Assembly: GCA_964615305.1 (NCBI GenBank)
Contig: CAZTNA010000001.1
Span: 382,793-446,792 of the forward strand
From: an uncultured Chitinophaga sp.
GTDB lineage: Bacteria; Bacteroidota; Bacteroidia; Chitinophagales; LD1
Length of the DNA stretch: 64,000 nt
Direction: 5' to 3'
The position numbers were made by a program, and so were the translations under genes. The notes under the pieces were generated by a model. The model saw only the letters and a program-made list of their open reading frames with translations, was not told the origin of the DNA and did not search any database. This document shows, piece by piece, positions 29,125 through 37,847 of the stretch (positions within the stretch are counted from its first letter, which is position 1; every line of letters begins with the position of its first letter).

Positions 29125-29265
29125 ATGCACCACCCTCCACAAAATACAGGTAATACAAAACGCTGGCTCAGGCGCATAGGCGTGGCGGGCTTTGTTTTCT
29201 TTTTGGCCAAAGGCCTGGTGTGGGTTGGTGTGGCTGTATGGGCCGGCAAAACATTATTCGATTAA
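29125..29265 (+). CDS. possible 46-aa single-pass membrane protein
   Basis: The ORF MHHPPQNTGNTKRWLRRIGVAGFVFFLAKGLVWVGVAVWAGKTLFD has a basic N-terminus and one clear TM helix. It starts 10 nt after the CDGSH stop and is embedded in track ORF 29080..29265. Confidence 0.35.
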   Translation: MHHPPQNTGNTKRWLRRIGVAGFVFFLAKGLVWVGVAVWAGKTLFD

Positions 29266-29288
29266 ACCAACAAAACAAAACAGATACA

Positions 29289-29753
29289 GTGAAAACCATT
29301 CAAACATGGCTCGATGCATACGGAGAGAGCCACCAAAACCCCACCAACAAAACCATTCACTGGATATGCGTGCCGCTTATCTTCTTTAGCATTACCGGTT
29401 TTTTCTACAGCGTAAAACTGCCGTTGAGTATAGGCGGTATGCCGCTGAACCTGGCCTACTTCATGCTGGCGGCTGTTACTGTTTATTATCTGCTGCTGTC
29501 GCGCACACTCTGGATAGGCATGCTTGCGTTTGCTCTGTTGTGCGCAGCAGTGTGTGGTGTTTTAGAAACCACCTTACCTTTTCCGCTTTGGGCGTTCTGC
29601 CTCGGTGTTTTTGTGCTGGCCTGGGTAGTTCAGTTCTACGGCCACCATGTAGAAGGCAAAAAACCATCCTTTGCTGACGACCTGCAGTTTCTGCTCATAG
29701 GCCCCGCCTGGCTCATGAGCTTTGTTTACAAAAAATTAGGCATTAGCTACTAA
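29289..29753 (+). CDS. DUF962 / Mpo1-like membrane protein
   Basis: Family pattern WLDAYGESHQNPTNKTIHWICVPLIFF and FYGHHVEGKKPSF. GTG 29289 gives the N-terminus MKTIQTWLDAYGESH. The alternative ATG starts at 29220 and 29238 would overlap the small upstream ORF. Confidence 0.72.
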   Translation: MKTIQTWLDAYGESHQNPTNKTIHWICVPLIFFSITGFFYSVKLPLSIGGMPLNLAYFMLAAVTVYYLLLSRTLWIGMLAFALLCAAVCGVLETTLPFPLWAFCLGVFVLAWVVQFYGHHVEGKKPSFADDLQFLLIGPAWLMSFVYKKLGISY

Positions 29754-29813
29754 GCCCTTACTTACGGCACAGTGTTTGAAAACACTGCCTTACTTAAAAC
29801 ATAAACTACACAC

Positions 29814-30674
29814 ATGAAAAAAACAGCCCTGTTCTCTGCCCTGGTTTTGCTGCTTACGCTTACCGCCATGCACCGCCCCGAAAGCCCAACCCGCACCATA
29901 GTGAATAAATGCCTCAGCGCCATTAACGCCCACAAAACCTGCACCTACACCATGCGCAGCGAAGAGAGGCTGGTGGGCAAAAGCGGCCTGCGCGATGGCA
30001 ATATTTTTACCAAAATAAATGTAACGCCCCGCAAAATTTATTTAAAGATGGTAACCGACCCCAACAAAGGCACCGAAATACTATACCTCGAAGGCCAAAA
30101 CGAAAACAAAGCCATAGTGAACGCTGGCAAAATGGTACCTACCTTAAAACTAAAAACCACCAACTCGCTGCTAACCAAAGACCAGCACCACACGGCTGTA
30201 ACTTCGGGCTTTACCATGGTGGCAAAAATTATGGGCGAAGCCGTAAAGAAAGCCGATGCCCAGGGCAAATTCGATGAAGTGTTTAAATACGTGGGCGATG
30301 TAACCTGGAACGGCCGCGCCTGCTACAAAATAGTAATCGAAGACCCTACTTATGCCTATGTAAACTACACCGCCAAAAAAGGCGAGAACATGTATAGCGT
30401 AGCGCTCAAACATTTAATACCCGAATACAGTATGGTAGAAACCAGCGGGGTTAAAAACTTTGAAGAAGACCTGGGCGGCAGAACCTTGAAAATACCTAAT
30501 AACTACGCCAAAAAAACCGTCATGTATATTGATAAGGAAAACAACTTTCCTATAGTGCAGGAAATGAGCGATGACAAAGGAGTGTTTGAACGCTACTCGT
30601 TTTCTAACTTAGTAGTAAACCCCACCTTTAAAGCCGATGAGTTTACCGAAGACTTTTCGGAGTATGGTTTTTAA
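29814..30674 (+). CDS. secreted LolA-like / DUF1571-like protein with LysM-like internal segment
   Basis: 286-aa ORF with a signal peptide. An internal stretch (YTAKKGENMYSVALKHLIPEYSMVETSGV ... LGGRTLKIP) resembles LysM. The family call is made from pattern only. Confidence 0.45.
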   Translation: MKKTALFSALVLLLTLTAMHRPESPTRTIVNKCLSAINAHKTCTYTMRSEERLVGKSGLRDGNIFTKINVTPRKIYLKMVTDPNKGTEILYLEGQNENKAIVNAGKMVPTLKLKTTNSLLTKDQHHTAVTSGFTMVAKIMGEAVKKADAQGKFDEVFKYVGDVTWNGRACYKIVIEDPTYAYVNYTAKKGENMYSVALKHLIPEYSMVETSGVKNFEEDLGGRTLKIPNNYAKKTVMYIDKENNFPIVQEMSDDKGVFERYSFSNLVVNPTFKADEFTEDFSEYGF

Positions 30675-30713
30675 TGCAAACGGGCTGTGGCCAACAGGTA
30701 AGTAGCCAAAAAC

Positions 30714-30746
30714 AAAAAAGCCTCCGGAGTTTCCGGGGGCTTTTTT
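30714..30746. terminator. bidirectional terminator between convergent genes
   Basis: AAAAAAGCCTCCGGA-gtt-TCCGGGGGCTTTTTT: a 9-bp stem with one mismatch, flanked by A6 and T6 runs. Confidence 0.72.
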
Positions 30747-30797
30747 GTGTATATGCGCTGGAGTGGCTGCCGGCAAATAATAAAGAGCCGGGGGCCA

Positions 30798-33299
30798 TTA
30801 CACTTTTAAAAAACCCAACTCATATACCATGGGTTGCAGTTTTTCGGTGAGGGCATCGTAGGCGGCTTTAAAGGCAGCGAAACTCACCGGTGGCAGGTCG
30901 CCACTTTTGTTGCGGGCTTCGAGGGCTTTGCGTATTTGATACCAGCCGGCATCACTTCGGTTTAGTTTAAGTTCATCGCGCACGGTGCGGGTATCGGTGT
31001 GGGCAAAGTAGGCCTGCCATAGTTTTTTGCCTTCGGCTAAAACCGCCTGCGCTTCCGCGCTAAACGGGCTGTTGTCATTGCGAGGAAGCCCCGCTTTGGG
31101 GGCTGACGAAGCAACCTCGTCTTTGCTTTTGGTGGGGGATTGCTTCGCTCGCAAAGCCTCGCTCGCAATGACATCCTCTTTATTTATGACAGGCAGGTTT
31201 GCTATATACCTTACCATAAAATCGCTCTCGAACCTATCGGGTGCGCCTACCTCGGCTTCGGTAAAGGGTATAAAGTGGTTGACTATGCTCCACTTTTTGT
31301 TGTTCCACTCTAAATCGTTGGCACCGGCAGTAAGGTTGCTGCCGTTAAACAGCATCCATATTAAGCAGTCGCTTTTAAATTCTTCTCTTAAAGGTTTTGT
31401 AGGTTGTAAGAACTGGTCGCGATTATTAATCCACGTTGGTTTGATAATTCTACGCATAGTAAAAACAATTACAGCTTGCCATAAATTTTCCGGAGTGACA
31501 TAGAAACCATTTCCGGTACTGAATACTGATGATGTAATTGCCGTTTGCTTTGTTGCATTTTGTATGTCATTACTATTACAATACATATAACCAATTGCAT
31601 CGGTAAACCATGATGTTACTTTGGCGTGATTCTCTTGTGGACTAATTGCATTTTTAAGAGGAATGTTTGTGCTGTCAGTTTTTATTCGAGGCATCCAGCC
31701 ACTCAAAAAGGTTTTACTCGGTATATTATAGAAGCGTTTTTCACCAATTGGTTCTACATCTTTATTCAAAACTTCAACTGAAATTTCAGTAATAGGAGTT
31801 CTAGTTTTTGCTTTTTGGTCTGTCTTCCAAACTAAAAAACCAATTGGAAACTCACCTTTTAAACCATCGAATGCTTTACTGTGAACAATAAAGCCATCTA
31901 AATATTTTGCATTCCAAACTTCCCTAAACTTTTCAAAGTTGGGTGCATTCACATATTTCAATGAGCTAAACATCGCTATTGTAGCATTTGGAATTTCATT
32001 GGTGATTCTAGCTAAAAATTGTGTGTATAATTCTCGCGCTGCAAAACCATACTCTTGCATATTGCTTCCAACTCTTGTAGTAGCTACATCCGTTTTTCCT
32101 TCATTACCTTGTGAGTTTGCCGCCTCCGCATAAGGCGGGTTCATCAGCACCAAAAGTTTTTTGCCTTTGGCAATGGCATCGCGCAGTGCTTGGGGTAGTT
32201 TGTTGGTAAGGGTGTAGTCTATGGTTCCATCATCAGTTATATCATCATTCAAATAATCGTATTGAAAGCGCGTGGCGGCCACACAGGTTTTGGTGGCGCG
32301 CATTACATCTATATCAGCGGCATCGAGGGTACTCATAAACACATTGCGGGGGTTGCTGTGTTTAACTTCGAGGTTGCCCACGCCACAGCACATATCCCAC
32401 ACTATGTATTCGCGCTGCCAGTTGTTGCCCAGGGTTTCGGTGAGTTTGTCGTAGGCCTTGTCCACCACATTAAGCGGGGTGTAATACGCGCCTTTAAAGC
32501 TGCGCTCGTCAATGGGTATTAAACTGTCGCGCCTTTCTAATAAATAATCGCGGTAGGTTTCTTTGGGCGGGCGGTGGTAAATAGCCCAAAACTGGCGGTA
32601 GCCCTCTTTGTTGCCCAGCTCGTACAGTTTGCCACCCAGCATAAACACGGGCTGGTTGTTGCGGTGCAATAACTCGGCAGGTAAATTTTGGTGGGTGGCT
32701 ACGGTGCCATCGCTCATTACATCGGCAAAAAAGAGGAGTGCGTAATCTTCTTCTTTTACCTCTTTTATTTCGCGGCCTATCATGGCTACCCATTTATCAA
32801 AAACCTGCTTCAGGTTATCGGGGGTTATTTGCGTGCGTATAATATCGCCTTTGGCAATGGCAGCTTTTACGGTGCTTATAAATTCGTCTTCGTGGGTTTC
32901 TATTTTAAAACTTACAAAGTGGGTGCCTATGTGGGCGCTTATGGCATCGAGGGCTTCTTGCGTATAGCTGCTGGCGCTTTTGCCCCACTTAATGGTTTTT
33001 TTTTCTAAGAAGGGTATTACATCGGCACTTTTCATAATAGCCGCTTTGCGGGTGTCTATTACACACAAAAAGGGCGGCACGGCTTCGCCTTTGTTAAGCG
33101 CCTGCTGCACATAGTGCATCAGTTGGGTAAACATGGCGTAGGTAGAATGAGAGTAGCCGTCTTTGGCCTCAAACCATATTTCTTTGGTTTGTATATCAAT
33201 CAGGTTTTTGCTGTAGCCTTTTAAGCCCAGGGCTTTTATGTAAGCGTCTTTAACGTCTTCTTCGGTGCGGGCGTTTTGCAGTTTGGCGTAGAGCGTCAT
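30798..33299 (-). CDS. putative single-chain Type IIG-like restriction-modification enzyme (N6-adenine methyltransferase with N-terminal nuclease-like motif)
   Basis: Start at ATG 33299 (the track uses TTG 33311). Gamma-class motif order: X is SFKGAYYTPLNVVD, I is VWDMCCGVGN (32373-32396) and IV is LMNPPYAEA (NPPY at 32130-32141). The N-terminus has D35 ... E44-A-K46 (33162-33197), resembling PD-(D/E)xK. About 400 aa follow motif IV. Confidence 0.65.
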   Translation of the reverse strand: MTLYAKLQNARTEEDVKDAYIKALGLKGYSKNLIDIQTKEIWFEAKDGYSHSTYAMFTQLMHYVQQALNKGEAVPPFLCVIDTRKAAIMKSADVIPFLEKKTIKWGKSASSYTQEALDAISAHIGTHFVSFKIETHEDEFISTVKAAIAKGDIIRTQITPDNLKQVFDKWVAMIGREIKEVKEEDYALLFFADVMSDGTVATHQNLPAELLHRNNQPVFMLGGKLYELGNKEGYRQFWAIYHRPPKETYRDYLLERRDSLIPIDERSFKGAYYTPLNVVDKAYDKLTETLGNNWQREYIVWDMCCGVGNLEVKHSNPRNVFMSTLDAADIDVMRATKTCVAATRFQYDYLNDDITDDGTIDYTLTNKLPQALRDAIAKGKKLLVLMNPPYAEAANSQGNEGKTDVATTRVGSNMQEYGFAARELYTQFLARITNEIPNATIAMFSSLKYVNAPNFEKFREVWNAKYLDGFIVHSKAFDGLKGEFPIGFLVWKTDQKAKTRTPITEISVEVLNKDVEPIGEKRFYNIPSKTFLSGWMPRIKTDSTNIPLKNAISPQENHAKVTSWFTDAIGYMYCNSNDIQNATKQTAITSSVFSTGNGFYVTPENLWQAVIVFTMRRIIKPTWINNRDQFLQPTKPLREEFKSDCLIWMLFNGSNLTAGANDLEWNNKKWSIVNHFIPFTEAEVGAPDRFESDFMVRYIANLPVINKEDVIASEALRAKQSPTKSKDEVASSAPKAGLPRNDNSPFSAEAQAVLAEGKKLWQAYFAHTDTRTVRDELKLNRSDAGWYQIRKALEARNKSGDLPPVSFAAFKAAYDALTEKLQPMVYELGFLKV
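31074..31172. repeat. 99-bp nested palindromic (REP/MITE-like) element lying in frame inside the methyltransferase CDS
   Basis: Terminal inverted repeat GTCATTGCGAG (31074-31084) / CTCGCAATGAC (31162-31172). Inner inverted repeat GACGAAGCAA (31105-31114) / TTGCTTCGCT (31140-31149). Hairpin AGCCCC..GGGGCT at 31087-31104. Tandem CGCTCGCAA at the right end. It encodes aa 710-742, VIASEALRAKQSPTKSKDEVASSAPKAGLPRND. Confidence 0.7.
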
Positions 33300-33516
33300 G
33301 CAACAAAACAAATAATCAATTTACAATAAACAATTATTGCCCACTCCGAAAAAACTATTGCCCGGTTAGCGCGTATGCGCAGAGCAATTAAATGCAGCCC
33401 CCCCGGGCAGATGCGCTTTGGAGGAAAAAGGGCGTTGGTTTTTTTAAAACACATCTAATACAATAATTTCTGCCCTTGTGGGGGTGTAGTTCCACCAATA
33501 ACAGAAAGCAGTCAAA

Positions 33517-33550
33517 CAAAAAAGCCCACGCATTTGCGGGGGCTTTTTTG
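33517..33550 (-). terminator. Rho-independent terminator after icd
   Basis: GCCCACGC-attt-GCGGGGGC stem-loop flanked by A and T runs, just downstream of the icd stop on the minus strand. Confidence 0.7.
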
Positions 33551-33566
33551 TTCTGTGAATTGCAGT

Positions 33567-34895
33567 TTAAAATCTGCTGATAATTTCATCGGCAAACTGG
33601 CTGCATTTAATTTCAGTAGCACCGTCCATGAGGCGGGCAAAGTCGTAAGTTACGCGCTTGTTAGCTATAGCACTTTCCAGTCCTTTGTGAATCAACTCAG
33701 CGGCTTTTTCCCAACCCAGGTATTCAAACATCATAGCTCCTGAAAGAATAACAGAGCCCGGGTTTACCTTATCGAGGTTGGCATACTTAGGGGCAGTGCC
33801 GTGCGTAGCTTCAAAAATAGCGTGGCCGGTTACATAGTTAATGTTGGCACCCGGTGCTATACCTATACCGCCAATTTGTGCAGCCAAAGCATCGCTCAGG
33901 TAGTCGCCATTCAGGTTCAGGGTAGCTATTACATCAAAATCTTCGGGGCGGGTAAGTACCTGTTGCAGCGTAATGTCAGCAATCGAATCTTTAATAATCA
34001 CCTTGCCGGCCACTTCAGCCGCTTTCATTTCGGCATTGGCAGCGGTTTCGCCCTGTGCTTTCTTGGTTTTCTCCCAGGTGTTCCAGGTATAAGTGCTGTC
34101 GGCAAATTCTGTTTCGGCTAACTGATAACCCCAATCGCGGAAACCGCCCTCGGTAAACTTCATAATGTTGCCTTTGTGTACCAGGGTTACACTCTTTTGG
34201 CGGTGCTTAATAGCATACTCAATAGCCGAGCGTATCAAACGCTGCGAACCAATTTTGGAAACGGGTTTAATACCAATACCTACACAGGTTTCGGGGTCAG
34301 TATCTTTCAGGCGGGCGGCTTTCAGATATTCTTTTCCTTTCTTCTTATCGCTAAAGCGAATCTTCCCGAAATCTTTCTCAAACGTCTTCTTCAAAAACTT
34401 CAACACCTTCAATGCCTCCTCACTGCCGCCTGCGTATTCAATGCCGGCATAAATATCTTCCGTGTTCTCACGAAAAATCACCATTGAAACTTTTTCAGGG
34501 TGCTTTACCGGTGACGGAGTGCCCGTGTAGTAACGCACCGGGCGCAGGCACACATATAAATCGAGAATCTGACGAAGCGCCACATTCAGCGAACGGATAC
34601 CGCCACCCACAGGCGTAGTCAGCGGCCCTTTAATACCTACTAAATATTCGCGGAACGCATCCAGTGTGGCATCGGGCAGCCAGTTACCGGTTTTATTAAA
34701 CGCCTTTTCGCCCGCCAGCACTTCTTTCCACTCTATTTTCTTTTTGCCCTTGTAAGCTTTTTCTACGGCTGCATCCAGCACGCGCACAGAAGCTTTCCAT
34801 ATATCCGGCCCGGTGCCGTCACCTTCTATAAACGGAATAATAGGTTGGTCGGGAACTTTCAATTTGCCTCTGCTAATCGTAATTTTTTCTGCCAT
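33567..34895 (-). CDS. icd: NADP-dependent isocitrate dehydrogenase
   Basis: 442-aa ORF with [22 protein letters not shown] and [25 protein letters not shown]. Confidence 0.96.
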   Translation of the reverse strand: MAEKITISRGKLKVPDQPIIPFIEGDGTGPDIWKASVRVLDAAVEKAYKGKKKIEWKEVLAGEKAFNKTGNWLPDATLDAFREYLVGIKGPLTTPVGGGIRSLNVALRQILDLYVCLRPVRYYTGTPSPVKHPEKVSMVIFRENTEDIYAGIEYAGGSEEALKVLKFLKKTFEKDFGKIRFSDKKKGKEYLKAARLKDTDPETCVGIGIKPVSKIGSQRLIRSAIEYAIKHRQKSVTLVHKGNIMKFTEGGFRDWGYQLAETEFADSTYTWNTWEKTKKAQGETAANAEMKAAEVAGKVIIKDSIADITLQQVLTRPEDFDVIATLNLNGDYLSDALAAQIGGIGIAPGANINYVTGHAIFEATHGTAPKYANLDKVNPGSVILSGAMMFEYLGWEKAAELIHKGLESAIANKRVTYDFARLMDGATEIKCSQFADEIISRF

Positions 34896-35255
34896 TGTAT
34901 TTTAATTTTAGTATAAGCAAACCAACGTTTTTTTTCGAATAAACCAAATGACTAACCCGTGGGCTACGCCTGCCTGTTATCATATATAAATACAGGGTTG
35001 GGCGCGCACGTTTTGTGTTTTGCTTACCGGTTGGCGCGCCACGCGCGTATAACGCTTAGTCTTTTTTGCTCATAAAAAAAAGTGCCGTTGTTTGTATAAC
35101 CACCTTACCGGTCAGCCACATTCCATTTTTACCCCGAAGGGGGGCAACCTGTTGGTAGAAAATAAAAACGCAAAAACCACTACCCCGAGGGGGTGGAACT
35201 TGTATTTTAATGCGGTTGTTGCCCTGATAACTATCGGTATTATAGCCAACTACCC

Positions 35256-36290
35256 TTACACCACATTCACCTCCGGTGTTATATCCACACCAAACTTCTC
35301 CTTTACCGATTGTTTTATATCCATAGCCAGCTTCCATATTTCATTACCCGAAGCATGGCCGTAGTTGACCAATACCAACGCTTGCGATTTATGCGAGCCG
35401 GTATTGCCCACCACTTTACCTTTCCAGCCGCACTGCTCTATCAGCCAGCCCGCAGGTATTTTATAAGTATTGTCTTTCTGCACATAACTCGGCATTACCG
35501 GATACCTGGCCACCAGCTCTTGAAACTTTTCCTGGCCCACACTTGGGTTTTTAAAAAACGAACCCGCATTGCCCAACATTGCCGGGTCAGGCAATTTGCT
35601 TTGTCTTATTTTAATTACCGCATTACTCACATCTCTGATAGTGGGTTCATACACTCTCGTTTCGCTCAAGGTGTTTTTAATATCGCCATAATCGGTTGTA
35701 AGCCGATACACCGCACCCGCACTGTTCATTTTTGTAAGCCGGAAAGAGACTGAAGTAATAAAGTATTTATCCTTCAACTGATTTTTGAAAACACTTTCGC
35801 GGTAACCAAAGGCGCAGTCACTTAAGTTAAATTGGCGCAATTCGCCTGTTTGCATATCCAGTGCTTCCAGTTGCTCAAACACATCTTTTATCTCCACGCC
35901 ATACGCGCCTATGTTTTGCATAGGCGCTGCCCCTACCAGCCCCGGTATAAGCGACAAGTTTTCGATGCCTGCATAGTTCTGCTCAATGCACCACATCACC
36001 AACCTGTGCCACACTTCCCCCGATGCCGCCTTTACCACCACCTGGTTTTCAGTTTCAGCCACTACTTCTATACCAAGCAAAGCATTCTTTACCACCAACC
36101 CGTCAAAATCCTGTGTAAACAGAATATTGCTTCCACCGCCCAACACCAATTTTTTGTGTTGCTTATAAACTTCTGTTTGTGTCAACTCCGTAAACTGCTG
36201 AACAGAGTTTACCTCCACAAAAAACTTAGCTACAGCACCAATGCCGAAGGTGTTATAAGAAGTAAGTAGTTTACTTTGTTGTATTTCCAT
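35256..36290 (-). CDS. murB: UDP-N-acetylenolpyruvoylglucosamine reductase
   Basis: 344-aa ORF with an FAD-binding domain (LVLGGGSNILF) and a MurB C-terminal domain (KIPAGWLIEQCGWKG). Confidence 0.95.
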   Translation of the reverse strand: MEIQQSKLLTSYNTFGIGAVAKFFVEVNSVQQFTELTQTEVYKQHKKLVLGGGSNILFTQDFDGLVVKNALLGIEVVAETENQVVVKAASGEVWHRLVMWCIEQNYAGIENLSLIPGLVGAAPMQNIGAYGVEIKDVFEQLEALDMQTGELRQFNLSDCAFGYRESVFKNQLKDKYFITSVSFRLTKMNSAGAVYRLTTDYGDIKNTLSETRVYEPTIRDVSNAVIKIRQSKLPDPAMLGNAGSFFKNPSVGQEKFQELVARYPVMPSYVQKDNTYKIPAGWLIEQCGWKGKVVGNTGSHKSQALVLVNYGHASGNEIWKLAMDIKQSVKEKFGVDITPEVNVV

Positions 36291-36310
36291 TGGCTAATCA
36301 GCTGGTTACT

Positions 36311-37825
36311 TCATCTGTTAATTCTATTCAATCCTGCTTTTGCTTTCTGGTCTAATCCGTTTTTATACTCATGGTTTTCGAAACTGAGGCAAAGTTGATA
36401 ATAGGTTTTAGCTTTTTCTTTATCGCCCCTTGCTTCATAAATTTTACCGCATTCAAAAGCCGAGTTGGCAGCAAAATAACGCGGTAAATCTTTTCCGCGT
36501 TCTATGGCTTTTGCATACAAGGCAAGTGCAAGGTCTTGTTTATTCCACTCGTCATAAATACGGGCAAAGCGGTATAAATATTCAGTTTGTTCCTCAGCCG
36601 ACTTAAAACTCTCTTCGCTGAACTTGTTCATTTCATGGCTGGCTTGCTCATAATAGCCACCGTCAAAAAGCAACCGCGCACGCAGTAAACTTACATTCGG
36701 CTTAGCTCCGGTGGCTGCTTCGCGCTGTGCCTGTTTATCGGCCTCTACCATGGTAGCGCCAAGGTTTTCGGCCTTGTTTATAAAATGATAATAGTTCACC
36801 GTATCGCCTTTCAGTAAATAGCACCACGCAATTTTCTGAAACGATGACTTAATATGGTTTTCGCCCTTATAGGTAACCACAAACTGCTTAAAGTTTAGCT
36901 CGGCATCGGTATCTAATTTATTTAACCGCGCCAGACCATACAGGTAGTTTAAAAACGGAAAGGTGGTAAACGAAGATGCCGGCTGAGTGCTAAGCAGGGT
37001 AACTACATCACTGGTGTGTTTTCCGTACACACCTATATGCGCACAGGCATACACCGACATTAAATCATCTTTCTTCGGAAACCCGTTTTCTCTTAAAACC
37101 TTCCACGCAGCATCGCTTTGGCTCTGCAAATGAAAGAGCAGAAAGGCATAATAAATAACTGTTTCGTGATGAAACACAAAGTCGTTTTTTTGACCGTACT
37201 CTGTTAGCTCGCGCAGGTAGCCAATGCCTTTATCTATGTTGCCTTCGAGCCCAAGCAGATTAACACCCCATTTATATTTATCGGGCACGCTGCCTATAAG
37301 TGCATACAGTACCCCCAACGATTTTTTGTTGGGTCTAAAATCAGGGAAACGTTTCTGGTTTTCTTCCAATGCTTTAAATGCCTTGCGTATGTCGAAGATG
37401 GCAGTTAAGTAATCGCCAAACTTTATTTCGGTAGCAGCCCATTGTATGCTTACCTCTGCTTGTGTAAACAAATAGTAAGGCGATGACTGGTCGCCTTCGG
37501 TTAGCTGCACCAGGCGCACTTCCTTGTTTTTTTTTAGCTCATCGTACCTTGCACGGGTATCGCTGGTGTATATGCTTAAAAAGTCAATATAGTTTTCAAT
37601 ATAAACCGGTATCAGGTTGTCGGGGTTTTTTTTCTGTTCACTATTCAGCAGCACTTCTCCTTCGTTTAATCTTAGTGCAACTATAGAATGGTATGCTTTT
37701 CGGCAGTTGTCGTTAAAGTCGAAACTTTGTGCGTGGGTTTGCAACAAAGCAGAAACAAAAATTCCTGCCAGCACGGCTGACAGGAATTTTTTAGGAAGGT
37801 TAAAATGCTTCGAGAATCTCAGCAT
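36311..37825 (-). CDS. TPR-repeat protein, secreted, unknown function
   Basis: 504-aa ORF with a signal peptide and C-terminal TPR-like repeats (LALALYAKAIERG ..., GKIYEARGDKEKAKTYYQLCL). Confidence 0.55.
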   Translation of the reverse strand: MLRFSKHFNLPKKFLSAVLAGIFVSALLQTHAQSFDFNDNCRKAYHSIVALRLNEGEVLLNSEQKKNPDNLIPVYIENYIDFLSIYTSDTRARYDELKKNKEVRLVQLTEGDQSSPYYLFTQAEVSIQWAATEIKFGDYLTAIFDIRKAFKALEENQKRFPDFRPNKKSLGVLYALIGSVPDKYKWGVNLLGLEGNIDKGIGYLRELTEYGQKNDFVFHHETVIYYAFLLFHLQSQSDAAWKVLRENGFPKKDDLMSVYACAHIGVYGKHTSDVVTLLSTQPASSFTTFPFLNYLYGLARLNKLDTDAELNFKQFVVTYKGENHIKSSFQKIAWCYLLKGDTVNYYHFINKAENLGATMVEADKQAQREAATGAKPNVSLLRARLLFDGGYYEQASHEMNKFSEESFKSAEEQTEYLYRFARIYDEWNKQDLALALYAKAIERGKDLPRYFAANSAFECGKIYEARGDKEKAKTYYQLCLSFENHEYKNGLDQKAKAGLNRINR

Positions 37826-37847
37826 AACTTGTTAATGGTAACCAATA

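Noticed and set aside
26973-33566. An active Tn7-like or CRISPR-associated transposon downstream of glmS
   Set aside because: There are no TnsA/B/C/D-like, integrase or Cas genes. I see no TGT-type terminal repeats with multiple TnsB-like sites. Only the hotspot argument survives, and it is reported as a low-confidence finding.
35056-35364. The 93-aa minus-strand and 90-aa plus-strand ORFs in the icd-murB spacer
   Set aside because: They run across small hairpin repeats (translations such as PPPRG/APLRG) and into the murB 3' end. They show no start context and no protein-like composition.
17000-36500. Higher GC in the central third of the window as evidence for one large horizontally acquired island
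   Set aside because: The GC-richer zone includes core genes (lpxD/C/A, glmS, icd, murB). The shift therefore cannot be taken as foreign origin without genome-wide statistics, and I did not compute exact values.
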